Shown here one piece after another: positions 1 to 14,432 of a stretch of 64,000 bases of DNA. Position 1 is the first letter of the stretch, and every line of letters begins with the position of its first letter. The notes beneath the pieces were generated by a model. That model saw only the letters and a program-made list of their open reading frames with translations, was not told the DNA's origin and searched no databases. The position numbers were made by a program, and so were the translations under genes. Source of the stretch: the human T2T-CHM13v2.0 reference genome, Homo sapiens; NCBI RefSeq assembly GCF_009914755.1, contig NC_060930.1; one strand, given 5' to 3'.

Positions 1-72
1 ATAAGGTCACATCCACAGTTCCAGGAGCTAGGACGTGGACGTACCTTTTTGGGGGCCATCACTTACCCACCA
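1..72 (-). mobile_element. MLT1C-like MaLR LTR, 5' end (cut by window edge)
   Basis: Reverse complement resembles the MLT1C start (ggcccccaaaaag..gtccacgtcctag..tgtgaccttat). Confidence 0.7.
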
Positions 73-662
73 CCTGGCCCCCATCTTCAGTCTCACCTTC
101 ACCGTGTTGTTTCTAGGTTGAGTTGTTTCCAGGTTGAGTTGAGTGTGAGACTCCACAATGAAGGCGGGAACAAAGGTAGGGGGCAGCTGGTGGGTAAGCG
201 ATGGCCCCCAGAAAGATAAACAAGTTGCCTCATCGAAACAAACGAAAAAACAAGTTCTTTCTTTCCTGTTACCCGTTAAGCTGAGTCACTCATGCTTTCC
301 CTCCTTCACTTAGCTATCACATTTCTCCAAAGTGTGGTTTGTATCAATACTTCTGTTTTTGACCTACCACTTACTTTTCAAAGCAATTTATTATGTTTTA
401 AGCATACAGAAACATGTAGAGAACAATATGATTTTTTTAAATGTTAATGTTTTTCTCTCATTTACTCATTTATAGAGAAATATAACATAGAATTTTCCAT
501 TTTAATCATTTTGAAATGTATGGTTCCATTAATGATTCCCACTCACTTTTAAATGTTTGGAATTGAGAGAACTCTTACTGGACAGGGATGAGGGTAAAAG
601 CCAAAGTCTGCCAGTGTCCATCCTCAACCTTCTCAGCCCTTTACTAAATCAGATACTGCTAA

Positions 663-979
<317 letters not shown>

Positions 980-1033
980 CACCCTTTTCTTAAAACTCCT
1001 CCCTCAGCTTCGCAGATCTCTGTCCTTTCCTTT

Positions 1034-1083
1034 CTCTACTATTTCTCTAGCCCCCTTCCTCTACTATTTCTCTAGCCCCCTTC
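1034..1083. repeat. 25-bp perfect tandem duplication
   Basis: ctctactatttctctagcccccttc x2. Confidence 0.95.
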
Positions 1084-1528
1084 CTCCTCATCTTCCTGGA
1101 CTTGTCTGAGTTCCACTGAAGGCTGGACTTGTCTCTGAATCCACATTTGTATTTCCAACTGTCTTCTACGCATCCCTACAAAGATGTCCTATTGAAACCT
1201 CAAACTCAGTATGTTCAAAAGTGGACCCATGATCCCTTCTTTCAACACTTGTGCTTCCTCCACGTTCGCCCCAATCTGTACACAGCACCACCACCCATGC
1301 AGTCACCCAGTGCAGCACCATCTTGTCCTTCGTTATCCACTCTGACCCATAACTTCCATCTCTATAGTAGCTTCTCCCTCCTGACGTCTTTTCCATTCTG
1401 ACTCTTGATGCTAACGCCTGCCTTCCAGTGTCAGCCTGGGACTCTATAGTAGACATCTCACAGGCTTGCCTATGTCCACCCTCTGTTTCTGTTCTATTTC
1501 CTATATTGTTAATAAATTGTTCTCCCTA

Positions 1529-1880
<352 letters not shown>

Positions 1881-2979
1881 ACACAATTCTGATACATCTA
1901 GTCAAAAACCTTCATTAACTCCCACTACTTTGAGAATAAAGCCTGAACTCCATGGCTGAACCTTCAATGCTCCCTGAGGTGGCCCTGTCCCTCCACCCCC
2001 ATGCCACATTTCCTTTGCTCCAGTCAAACAGCCATGCTGCCTTTTCTCTGCACACATCCCAGGCTTCCCTCCTTACCTGTCCCCATGCAGAGTGTGAGTT
2101 TCACATTATTCTAAAAGACCTCTTTTCTTTCTGTTAAAATAAGCATAACAAAATAAGAGATACTGACTGAACAGAAGACTGTCAAATTCCACAAACTGGA
2201 ATCATCCACCTCTTATTTCCTGTACCAAATAAAAAACACATCCCAGATTCTTCTTCTGTGACAGGGTTACAAACAGAGCTTTGTATGCTCATGGAATTCA
2301 CCAGCTAAGAGTGGAACCATCGCCTTTTGAAGACTCAAACATTTTCTTGGTGACTCACCTGTGGGGGAATGCATCAACCTTCCTGCTTCTAATTTCTTTG
2401 ACAGAAAAGGGGCTCTGGTAGCAAACACTATCACTTCAAACTTGAAATCTTGTGAATGAGGTTTCTAGGATGTCCAATAGTGCTAAAGATGTGATGCAAA
2501 AATTAAATGGAAACTTCAGCCTGCAGAAATGATGGGAGACACAAAGAGGATAGACTCTCAGGTGTTTCACTGCATGTTTATTTCTTGTACATTTCAGTTC
2601 CCAAGCCCTAGGCTTTACCAGGAGATGACATCAGAATGCTTTTAAGAAGCCCCTACATCTCACCAGTTCAGCCACACCAAAAGGAATGAATTCTTTGGAA
2701 AACCTAGGTGTGGCATCCTTTCATCCATTTGGAAAGACCTAAGTAGTATATCTTTGTGTCTATATAATAGCTGAAGTTTTAGATTCTTCTTTTGGATCCT
2801 TTTTCCACTTAGTGCTATTTCTGTCCCTGCAGTCGCTGAGATGTTCAAAAGCAGCTGAAGCTGCAGCTTTTGAAGCAGCAGGAGCACTCTGGGCACTCAA
2901 AGCCCTCAGAAATTCAGCCAAACACAAGTTAGGGAATTTTAGGTTTTCTTAGCCAAGAAGGGCACTCCGGTACATACAA

Positions 2980-3178
2980 CCTGGGCTTGACCACTTGGTG
3001 GGCACTACTAGTGCTGTCACTGTTGGAAGGTTATACAATCTCTCTCAGCCTCTTTTTCCTCCTTTGGAAATGAAGAGTACTAAGATTGCTTTGTAGAGTT
3101 GTTGTAAGGATTAAAAATAACAACACATCAAGAGCCTAGCTCAGGATCTGGCACTGAAAAGGTTCTCAGTTAATAGTA
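2980..3178 (+). mobile_element. MIR
   Basis: ctcagcctc..gttgttgtaaggattaaa..tggcac core. Confidence 0.65.
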
Positions 3179-3183
3179 AAATT

Positions 3184-3533
<350 letters not shown>

Positions 3534-3899
3534 ATAAAATTATTTTTAACACTGTAAATTTTGGGTGAAAAGGAAGACTAGGTTGTCCTTCCTTAAGAAT
3601 CCCTTGTGTATATATAAGATATAAGGGATTTTTCTTTAAAGAAAAATAACCCGTCTATTAGTTAATGTATACCCTTCAGATTTGTGTCCTGGGAACACAC
3701 GTTTGCAGTTGATCTATTTTAACACTCTTAAATTTTTAATATTATTTTCCGTCATTTCTTAGGTATGACACTGACAATTCTTACATTTAAAAGCAAAATC
3801 TTCACGTTTGTCATATCCTTCCATAGGCAAGGAGAGTTTCACTGTCTATGGGAGATGAATGCCTCAAGGATATTCCCACTATTCCCAGAACAGAGCTCG

Positions 3900-4260
3900 A
3901 CCTTCATCCAAGGGCCCTCCTCTGCCCCCACTTTTACTTCCTGTGGGCTGGGTGAGGCTTCATCCCAACTCCAGGGATCCACCAGGTGGCCCAGATGAGG
4001 CCACAGTGAAGATCGGGCATAGTCATTGGTTCAGAGATGGGCATGTGACCTACACCAAGCCAATCAGAGAGTCCCTAGGGCATTGTGGGAGCCACTAGAA
4101 AAGACCTTCACTCTTCCCTGCAGGACACAAACCTGAGAGGGCAGGAAGTCCACGCTGCCACCACGGGGTCACCACAGGGAGCCTGGTGGGGACACAGGTA
4201 GGAAGGCAGGCCAAGCAGTGAGCGACATTCAATGAGGGACATTCAATGGAACAGAATGAG
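3900..4260. mobile_element. LTR16/LTR33-like ERVL LTR remnant
   Basis: attggttcagagatgggcatgtgacc..agccaatcagag motif. Confidence 0.5.
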
Positions 4261-4499
4261 GTTTGAGCACTGGAGGAAAAATCCAGAGTTGAAATAGCAG
4301 AAGGGGCAAAGGGTGAAGGAATTAAAGGATGAAAGAGAAGACCAGGGGAAGAGGAGCCTGAGAACGGAGGGAAGGATTAAACAGGGAAACCGAAGGAGGC
4401 AAAGGAGAGGAGCAGCCTCCCGAGCCTCCCCTGAGGCCCAGCTCCTCCCATGCCTCCACCTCCTTCTCAAGGTCCTCCTCCTCCACCACTACTAGCTAG

Positions 4500-4895
4500 A
4501 AATTCAGCTACTAGAGTTTAAAAACTTGCAACTTCCCTGGTATAGCTTCCTTTTGGGAAGTTATTCGAAGGAATTATAAATTATGCACAAAAAATTATGA
4601 GTAAAGGTGTTCATCACACCTTATTTAAGATAACAGAAAGTTGTAAACAATATAAATGTCCCACATATGCGTATGGAATATTAATCCATTTTGTTTGTAT
4701 ATACATATATATATGTATATATATAAATATTTCATACTCGATCTTAGAGGAAATACACAAAAATGTTATTAACAGTGGCTGTTTGGTAGTGAGATTATGA
4801 GAAGTATTTGTTTATTTATTTGCTTATTTGTACATTCTACCTGATTGTATAACGAACATGTATTATTTGCAGAGTAAAAAGAATAGAAAATAACC
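4500..4895 (+). mobile_element. Old L1M (L1ME-like) 3' fragment
   Basis: gtgttcatcacaccttattta..aacaatataaatgtccc..aacagtggctgtttgg. Confidence 0.55.
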
Positions 4896-5605
4896 AAATG
4901 TCAAGACTGCAACTGGGGTGGAGCCAAGCTGCTGCGGATGTTGCCAAGGGCCCTTCCCGGGAGAGCCAGGTGGGGTACCCACATGCCACCTTCTCCTCAG
5001 GTGGAGCCACCGCCTGTGGCCTCCTGTGGGGCCAGCCTGGACTGCAGCTGCCAGGACCTAGTGATGGCCCCAAACCTGAGAGTGGGCCCAGAGTCCCACC
5101 CCGCTAACCATGCTGAAAAAGGCCACAGGGCACATGAAGCCTTTGCTCCCTGGATCAGGTCACGCTCTCCAGTTTTCCTTCCAGGAGGACAGGCCATGCA
5201 CTAAAAAACAGCTGCAGAGGAAAGGCTGGACCAGGTGTGCTGGGAGTCACCAGGAGCAAGGTGGTGAAGGTGAGTTTTCTCCTGAGCCCCTCCTGGGACT
5301 CATTAGCACCTCACCATCTGCTGGGAACCATCTTTACAAATGTAATTGTGCCTGTTGGGGGAAGACAGGTTTTTTGTTCTTTTGTTTTGTTTTTTTTTGT
5401 TTGTTTGTTTTCTTAAAGACAGAAAAGGCTTTTTCATTTTCTGAAGCCCTTTCAAATGTGCTCAACCTTATCCAGAGGGTAGCAGATCTGTTAATTACAT
5501 CTTGGGCGGGTCCAAAATTTTACCACTGTTTTCAGGTATTAACCCTCAGTCCACTTTAAAACATTAATTCCAAACGATTCTACTCTCACCTCATCTCCCA
5601 GCGCC

Positions 5606-5620
5606 ACTGCCCTCTCCCGG
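5606..5620 (-). promoter_or_regulatory. Possible CTCF core motif
   Basis: Minus strand ccgggagagggcagt resembles CCRSYAGRKGGCRS with one mismatch; motif only. Confidence 0.25.
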
Positions 5621-5777
5621 TCCAGTGCAAGCTTGGACCTGGACCCTGAATGAGGGAGGTCTATTTCTGGGACACTCCTCCACTCTCGCTTTCCGCTTTG
5701 GGAAATAGTTCCTCTAGTGCGCTGGGCTGAGAGGTAGGACAGAGAAAGGGCAGAGGGTCGTAAACTAACAGGGCAGC

Positions 5778-5834
5778 GGTAGCCTTCTCTCTAGTGGTAG
5801 CCTTCTCTCTAGTGGTAGCCTTCTCTCTAGCGGT
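5778..5834. repeat. 18-bp minisatellite, about 3 copies
   Basis: ggtagccttctctctagt x3; partial copy near 5874. Confidence 0.95.
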
Positions 5835-7120
5835 GTCCCACTGGGACTGGCTGTGAGGCAGGCATCGACGTGCTAGCCTTCTCTGGAAGACACATCTGGG
5901 TTCTTTTAGAGAGACTTGCAGGGCACGGATATGGTAAATCCAGGCTCAACCACCTCCATGCCCCTCAACTCCCATGACTGGATATGTACTCTACGGACTC
6001 TTTGAGCTCCCCGGTAAATAGGAGAGAGAACCCTGTTGGGGTAGGGATGGAACAAATCCAGCTGCCTTCTAAGTAGCATCCACTTGAACTGCAGGAAATG
6101 CGTTTTCTGGCCCTGACCAACTGGGTGAGTTCAGACTGCCCCTGCAGCTCTTCTTTGTGCCCTTTCTTCTTTCTCCAAGACCCTCCTCTATCCCTAATGA
6201 TGTATGAATAAGCCAGCAAATCCTTTTCCTAATCAAATGTCCAACAGGGGAGCTACTTTACATTCCAATATTTGTGGAATCATTTTATTAGAACCTTACT
6301 AGGGAGGAAAGCACAGCCACCCCATTTCCCATAACCACAGGAAGGGCAGGAAGTCCCCTCTCCTCACACGTCCTGTGCTCCAGTGACCCTTAGACTTATT
6401 TCTCTCTCTCCCTCCTTCCCAGTCTTACTGGGTAGAAGGTGGAGTTGGCGGTAACACAGCCACATATGTCACCTCTTAGGAATCCTTGGTTCTCAGCTCT
6501 GGTGGGTGTCAGCTCAGGCAAAGAGTACTTCTCTGTCCTCACTTTTGGGTCCTGGAAGCCTCCACAGAAAGACTCCCCATTCATAGCTTGTTGCATGTTT
6601 AGAGTAGTTGAAGTTCCACTTCCAGAACTCTTCATTCTTTTTGTAGAGCCAGAATTTTATCTGGTATCATTGTCCTTCTGCTTGAAGGACATCCCTTAAC
6701 ATTTCTTATAGTATAGGTCCTCAGAGGATCATTTTTTAAGCTTTTGTATGTTTGAAAAAGTATTTTGCATTTGTTTTTGAAAGACATTTTTGCTGGGTAT
6801 AGAATTAGTGGCCATTTCATGTGAAAGACAAAAAAAAAAAAACACCCAAAAACCTAGAATTCTAGGTTGACAATATTTTTCTCTGATTACTTTAAAGATT
6901 ATTGTTCCTCTGTCTTCTCACTTGCTTGCTTCTGACATGAACTCTGCTGCCATTCTTATCTTTGTTCTCCTGTTTCTAACATAATTTTTTTCCTGTTGTT
7001 AATTTTAAGATTTTCTCTTTATCACTGGTATTGAGCAATTTGATTATGATGTGTCTTGTTATAATTTCCTTCATGTTTCTCTTGCTTGAATTTTATCTTG
7101 CTGAGTGCTGGATATTCTTT

Positions 7121-7422
7121 TTCTTTTTATTTTTTTGAGACGGAGTCTCACTTTGTCTCCCAGGCTGGAGTTCAGTGGCGTAATCTCAGCTCAGTATAAC
7201 CTCTTCCTCCCAGGTTCAAACGATTCTCCTGCCTCAGCCTCCTGAGTAACTGGGACTACAGCACCTCCCCCACCACACCTGGCTAATTTTTGTATTTTTA
7301 GAAGACACAGAGTTTCACCATGTTTGAGGCCAGTCTGGTCTCAAAATCCTAACCTCAAGTGATCCACCTTCCTCGGTCTCCCAAAGTGCTGGGATTATAG
7401 GTGTGAGCCACCATGCCTGGCC
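7121..7422 (-). mobile_element. AluSx/Sz
   Basis: TSD tggatattcttt at 7109-7120 and 7423-7434. Confidence 0.92.
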
Positions 7423-7524
7423 TGGATATTCTTTAAAAAACAAACAAACACACAAAAAAACTTTTGAGTGTTGTTCTAGAACACAGTTAATTTACTTGAA
7501 AACAGTTCGATCCTTTCATGACTT

Positions 7525-7835
7525 GTTTTTTGTTTGTTTGTTTGTTTTGTTTTTTAGATGGAGTTTCCCTCTTGTTGCCCAGGCTGGACAGCGATGCGCG
7601 ATCTCCATTCACTGCAACCTCTGCCTCCTAGGTTCAAGCGATTCTCCTGCCGCAGCCTCGCGAGTAGCTGGGATTACTGGCCTGTGCCACCACGCCCGAC
7701 TAATTTTGTGTTTTTAGTAGAGACAGGGTTTCTCCATGTTGGTCAGGCTTGTCTCAAACTCCCGACCTCAGATGATCTACCCACCTCGGCCTCCCAAAGT
7801 GCTGGGATTACAGGGTTGACACACCGTGCCCGGCC
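7525..7835 (-). mobile_element. AluSp
   Basis: Sp diagnostics (gagtttccctcttgttgccc, gtttctccatgttggtc, cccgacctc). Confidence 0.88.
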
Positions 7836-7989
7836 TTTTTTTTTAAAAAAAAAAAAAAAAAAAAAGATACAGAATCTCACTATGTTGCCCAGGCTGGTCT
7901 TGAACTCCTGGCTTGAACAGTCGTCATGCTGCCTCAGCCCTCACCCTCCTGGATAGCTGGGACTGCAGGCACGCACCACCGTGCCAGCC
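7836..7989 (-). mobile_element. FLAM/FAM-type Alu monomer
   Basis: Single monomer; gacttg(t/c)tttt flanks the AluSp plus monomer pair. Confidence 0.75.
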
Positions 7990-10673
7990 AAGACTTGCTT
8001 TTAAGCCTTGTCAGGAGGGACCACAGGAGACTTTAGAGTAAGCTGAATTGGGCTGCATTACTGAGACAATACTCAGAGTGTTCTACTCAGTGCCCGATGA
8101 ATTAGAAGGTTTTCAACTGTGGTTGGTGGCCACAGGGGCTATTCTCTGGCTGGTGGGAGCTCTAGGAATGGTTCCCTCTAATCTTTTTGGGTGATTCTTT
8201 TTCTGGCCTCATTTCTTTTCCTCACATGCATGTGCTGATCAATACTTTGCTGAAGACCCAAAGATGACACTCTGCAGAGCCCAGAGTTCTCTCCGTGTGC
8301 AGCTTTCTTCTCTCCAGTATTCTCTCCTGTGAGTTCTAGGTGCACAAGTGTCCCTGGGACCCCAGCCCCATCCTTCTACACAGGGATATGGCTGTGCTCC
8401 ACCTGTATTCCATGTCCCTGTTCCATGGCCTGGAAAGTCTCTCCAGGCAGCAAGCTGGGGCAATCACAGGACTCACCTCACTTGTTTCCTGTGCCACCTG
8501 TGCTCCAATGTCTGAAAATCGTTGGTTCGAACATTTGGTCTGTTTTTTTACTTGTTTCAGAACCTTAGTTTTAGTGTGCATTTCCTGGAATTCCTGGAAT
8601 TGTGGATGTTAGCTCTGAGCTTGGCTTTAAAAATCATCTAATTGTATACCTTCCATTTGCCAGTGAAGAAACTGAGATAGGAGAAGGGATGGTGCCTGAG
8701 TCTGCGGCAGACCCTGAACTGGGCCACATCTCCCAACTTGAGATTGAAGTCGCTTTGAAAGCAGTGAGTGCCTGGGAGAAAAGAAGGAGCTTGGGGAACT
8801 TCAAGTCAAGACTCTTTTGGGTCAGAGATTAAGGAGGCTCTGTTGCTGCCTGTGTCTCACTGTCTTCTTCATTCCAACATCTGCCATGTTTTGTGCAATA
8901 ATGTTGGCCTCTTGCCTCAATTTCTGCATTGATAATGTAGAGGCTTCCATTCCCTCTGATGCCTTCTACTAAGTCAGTCCCACAATAATTGAAGGATATC
9001 ATGGAATCTCAGCACCAAGAAGAGGTAGATAGCAGAGCTAGGGTTTGAGCTGAAGCCTCAAGGACCTCCCAAGGGAGCCTGAAGATCATCAGAACCAAGC
9101 TATCATTTTATAGAAAAGGAAACTAAAACCTGGGCAGGTTCACTGGTACACTCAGGCAGGCTAAGATCTGGGTGATGCACCTAGACACTCATCTCTGAAA
9201 GATACTGGGCTTAAGTCTTACCCAGTCAGCTCTTAAGGGTTTGTATTTTTAATGTATGTTCAGCTCACTGCATCCTTTGCCCGCAAGAACCACTCCAAAC
9301 CCAATGGAACTCGATATCAGCTTTTCCATGTGTTTTTTGTCCATGTTATCTGAACACTTTTAACAGTTGCTTTGCTTGTTCACCCACACAGTGGGTGAGA
9401 CTTCCCAACAGGAGCCTGGGGTCACTATGAGGGGAAGTTTTTAGAGAGGAGGGCCAAATGTCAGAGAAGGAGGAAGAAGAAGGAAGGAAGCAATGAAAGC
9501 AATAAACCTATTTCTCAGGTCATTTTAAAAACTTCTACTCTGGGACATTGAGCAGATAGTATCTATTTTTCTTTGCTTTGGGTATTTTTAAAGACACTGC
9601 CCCTCCCCATTTACTTTAATACAATACTAAGCACACATTTCTCAGCACGTAACAAGTCAGGATGTTCCAGGTTTTGATGCACGGGTCAAACTTTGCTTTG
9701 CCTTGTTGACCAGCCTTGTTGACAATAGGGCCTTTCATTGCAGGAGCACATGAATCCGGGCAACGTGACTTAAGAGCTGGCTGATGTTCCAGGACAGCAC
9801 AAAAGAACGGAACTTGTTTTCATGCTATGAGTGCGCAAACCAATGGGCAGTTTTTGGGGTTACTCGTGATTGCTCCTCGGTCCAGAGTTCAGGCAGCAAT
9901 CTGAGCCACTCAACTGCTCTTCTTTACCCCTCTACCTCTGCAGTTCATTGGGGGACAGAGCTGGGCCAGGATCCTGGGACAGAAGGAGGAGGCGGGCCCA
10001 GGAAAGTCCACTTGGGGTAACACACAATTTGTACATAAAAAAGAAATGTTCACCTCTTTGTATGTACCGTAGTAATTATTTCACCTTCTTTTATGAACTT
10101 GCACATTTTCAGAGAGAGTTAAATTAAGCAGAGTCTGAAAGTGGAGAATTCTCACATAGATAAAAGAATGGGGACCTGAAATTGGGTCATCAGGAAGTGT
10201 CTTGTGGCAAAATACACTTAGTATCGAACTGAAGGAAGAAATATTTCAAACATTTTCTTTAAGGAAAACTTAATGGATGTGACTTAATATTGTCTAGACT
10301 GACCTAGCAGCACAAGGTGGTGCGTTCAAGGACTTTTCATCTCAATCCACAGGAAAAGGGTTCGATTTAGATGAGAAAGAGGGAGCGGGGCACAGCTAGA
10401 CTGGAGAGGCATCCTGTCCACGGATTAGTCTTCACTCTTCATGTGGGCAGTAGAATGGTAAACGGGACCTTCTTAAAACAGCAGCTCCCAAACACTGGGA
10501 GGTTGATGTGCTTCCTAAACCCTCACTGATTCATGATGTTCGGCACAGTGTGGGGCCTCCCGAAAACGGTGCTGATCATATGGAGTTTGTGGAACATCTC
10601 CTATGTGTACTACCGGGACTCTACTATCCTCCGTGATCACAATTTCACTGGGGGCCAGTCGCCTAGAAGATCT

Positions 10674-10897
10674 CACGGGGTGTCCAATCTTTTGGCTTCC
10701 CTGGGCCACATTGGAAGAAGACGAATTGTCTTGCACCACATATAAAATACACTAACACTAACGATAGCTGATGAGCTAAAAAAGAAAATTGCAAAAATAT
10801 CTCAATGCTTTAAGAAAGTTTACAAATTTGTGTTGGGCTGCATTCAAAGCCATCTTAGGCCACATGTGGCCCGTGGGCCATGGGTTGGACAAGCTTG
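10674..10897 (+). mobile_element. MER30 (hAT-Charlie MITE), full length
   Basis: ggggtgtccaatcttttggcttccctgggccac...gggttggacaagcttg; approximate TSD aagatctc / aagatagc. Confidence 0.9.
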
Positions 10898-10919
10898 AAG
10901 ATAGCCATGAGACTACTGA

Positions 10920-11160
10920 TGACAAGAATAAAGGTGGTTTATTGAATCCGTACTGTGTACTAGACTCTTCACATGCAGAGCCTCATTTAATGCTCGTAAC
11001 AATCTCTTGAGGCTGAGACAAGCATATCCCCCATCTTACAGAGGAAGAAGCCCACTCAGAGAAGCTAAGGAACTAACCCAAGATCACACAACTAGAGTAG
11101 GGATTCAAACCCAGACAATGTGGAACCACAGACCACAACTTACCCACCAGCTGTTGTAAG
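10920..11160 (-). mobile_element. MIR
   Basis: cctcatttaatgctc..cccatcttacagaggaagaa..ggattcaaaccca. Confidence 0.75.
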
Positions 11161-12336
11161 TACACAGGGAAACCAGAGCAGGAGGGCAGAAAAAAGGAGG
11201 AGATATATGGGGGTTATAAGCAAGGTGTGGGTTATATGGAAGGTCAGTTGACATCTTCTATGAATCCCCTGAAACCAGGATGAAGAATTTCAGACCAAAA
11301 GACTATAGAGAGAGAAAAAAACTCCTGCTCCAAATGAGAGAAGAGAAAGAGTGTTGACGGTAAAATATCAGTGAGACGCTGTGATTTGTGCCTTTTGTCT
11401 TTTTCTATCTGGCTCCCCTAGCAACAGTTAAGTAGTAATGAATGTAAATGCTCAGTAACACGCCGGCGAGACTGTTCCACCAGGCGCAGCATCCCTGGTA
11501 AACAGAAATGCATGCTAATTTCTGCTCCGTGAAGCATAGGAAACATCACTAGGGGCTGCCCAGTGGAAAGGAACAAAAAGCAGATGGAAAAAATGTTTAA
11601 ATCTCAAGTTTATGTGAGAACAGAAAAGAAGGAACATGTTGTAAATTATTTTTTGAAATATTAAGCTACTAACAAAATCCTAACACCAAGACAGACAACA
11701 GGGGTGGTAAAAGGGGAAGGAGAGACGGAGTCACAATGGAGACGGTTTTGCTACAGCACATCATTAACCGCCACGTTTTTCTGCAGTATCTGAAAATATC
11801 AGTCTTGGAAATACCTATGCATTATTTTTTCAGAGGTGTGTGTCTATGGCCTCGGGGCTGGAGCTGGAAAACAAGCTATTGCCATGAGCTCATGCTGGAG
11901 TCTGTGTAAATTGTTTCCTCTCCTTATGTATAATGTTTCTAATTAGGACTGTTACAGAGGATGAGCTCTGTGGGCTGTTGAATTGACTCTTTGTGCTCAC
12001 TGCAAATCTAGGGCTTTATGCCTGCCCATGCTTGGGCCGACCTGCTTCTTAGAGGCATCGCTAAATGGGGAAGGTGACCCTGTCCTGCTTCCTGATGTCT
12101 GATATCAGGGCTGTTGGGGAAACACCCAAGAGATCTGCTGTCACCCCTGGAGTGAATAGATACATGACTCTGGTTTCTAGATGCATAACTCTTGTTTCTA
12201 GTTGGCCCTTTTATCCAATTATACCTTTAATAAACAAAAGTCCATTTTGAGGTCCTTTCTCTAAGAGACAACTATTTACCTAAAAGTTGTAGGGTGAGCA
12301 GTAGACACTAGTTCCTCCCTCTGCATCAAGAATTTA

Positions 12337-12651
<315 letters not shown>

Positions 12652-13859
12652 TTAAAAGAATTTTGGAAATGTTTAGGGAAAGTGGAGTAGGACTCTGCTT
12701 CCCCAAGATGCTGAGGCTTTGCAGAGAGGATGTGACCCAGAGGGTATGAGTCTCCCCGGCTTGGACCCACTCCTGCTCCCGACCTCTGACATGTTTCTAG
12801 GTCAGACACACTTAGAAAATTAATCCTCAGCCATCTGAGTAGCTGATTGTCAGCAGGCAATTCCCTTCCACCGGTAAAACTTCAGTCAGCTACGCTGGGC
12901 GATGCATAGAAATACAGTATTGGCTTGGCTTAGAGGTCTCCAGACACTTGGTCCCAGAGGACCAAGTAAAGGTTGCTTGTTAATCTAGTACGACATTCCC
13001 ACTGTGGGACCTGTTAGGCTCCACACTGAAGAGGTGCCAGGAATTCAAGGAGAGTGGAGGCTGGTGCTGAAAAGCTTCCCCCAGTGATTCTGATATGCTC
13101 AGAGGGGGTGATGGTGGTGGTCTTGGGCAGGCTTCCCATTGTGTCAGGCCCATGGTCACTAATTCTTGTCCAGACCTGCAGAGCCAGAATAGCCCAGCCC
13201 ACAGAGCAGAAGCCACAGTGTAAGAAGCCCGACCTGGGCCAGAAAGCCTGACGATGTCAGAAAAAAATCCCCATCAGTGTGATGCCATGGAAACCCTAGA
13301 CAGCAGGCAGATCTTTCTTCCTACGAGCCCATTGGCACCTCCCTGGGAACTGGGAGCTGAGTAGGGAGGTAAATCCCAGAAGCCAACAGAACACAGGTTT
13401 CATGGAGAGCCTGGATGCAAACCAGCAGTAGAGGACTGCTGCTCGGCACTGCGGAGGTGCTCATGCCTTGCACCTGGTGGTTTGCCAATGGACAATTTCT
13501 CCATGACCTAGTTTTCTACCTGGTCTGAAATGAGAAAAAATAAGTACAGCATAGCAAGTTTTTCATTAAGCTAAATTTGTTCTATTTAAAGAACTGCCAT
13601 TTGTTCTGGAACTATGTCCTTTCTACTTTTTTTGGTGGAAGAAAAGTACTTTTAAGAAACAGATGTGACAATGTGGTAGTGGATGACAACATTTTTTGGT
13701 GTTGCTTTTTAATATTTCTATTTTTCAAAATAAAACCTGGCAACACTGTGTTAGTCCTCTGTTTTGTTTGTTTGCATGCTTGCTTTTGCTTCTGTGTGTG
13801 GCGGATTAGGGATGGACACAAACTCTTTGGAACTTTTCATACTGAAAGGTGCACCTAAT

Positions 13860-14065
13860 TTGCCTTCTCTTAAATCTGGGCTGGCCTTAGTGACTTACTT
13901 GACTAATAAAATGTGGTGCGCATGACCGCATAGGTCTTCTGAAACTAGATCACGGGAAACCCTGCAGCTTCCTTTCCAGGCCTCTTGGAACACTTACTCT
14001 TGGAACCCAGCTGCCATGCTGTTAGGAAGCCCAAGTGGCCAAGGCAGAGGCCCAGACAGAGAGGA
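13860..14065 (+). mobile_element. MLT1F/G/H-type LTR fragment
   Basis: tctgggctggccttagtgactt..ggaacccagctgccatgctg..ggaagcccaag. Confidence 0.65.
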
Positions 14066-14135
14066 AGCAAATACCTACATGTTTTGCTTTGGTTAATCAC
14101 TCCAGTAAAGTTACTAAAAGACACAAACCACAACA

Positions 14136-14432
14136 ATTTTTTTTCTTTCTGAGACAGAGTCTTGCTCTGTCACCCAGAGCTGGAGTGCAGTGGTGCAATC
14201 TTACCTCACTGCAACCTCTGTCCCCCTGGGTTCAAGCAATTCTCCTGCCTCAGCCTCCCGAGTAGCTGGGACTACAGGCACTCGCCACCACACCTGGCTA
14301 ATTTTTGTATTTTTAGTAGAGATAGGGTTTCACCATGTTGGACAGGCTGTTCTCAAACTCCTGACTTCGTGATCCGCCCACCTCGGCCTCCCAAAGTGCT
14401 GGGATTACAGGCATGAGCCACCGTGCCCAGCC
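14136..14432 (-). mobile_element. AluSg/Sx
   Basis: TSD cacaaca(a)tttt on both sides. Confidence 0.9.

Larger units (their letters stand above)
6640..8560 (-). mobile_element. Old L1M fragment (5'UTR/ORF1 region) split by three Alu-family insertions
   Basis: ttgaaagacatttttgctgggtatagaatt and ttttaagattttctctttatcactgg are typical antisense L1M text. Confidence 0.7.

Noticed and set aside
2843-2874. ttcaaaagc...gcttttgaa hairpin as a possible small RNA
   Set aside because: Stem too short and imperfect for a miRNA precursor; no other RNA-gene features.
5778-5834. Short direct repeats as a CRISPR-like array
   Set aside because: No spacers, eukaryotic context; ordinary minisatellite.
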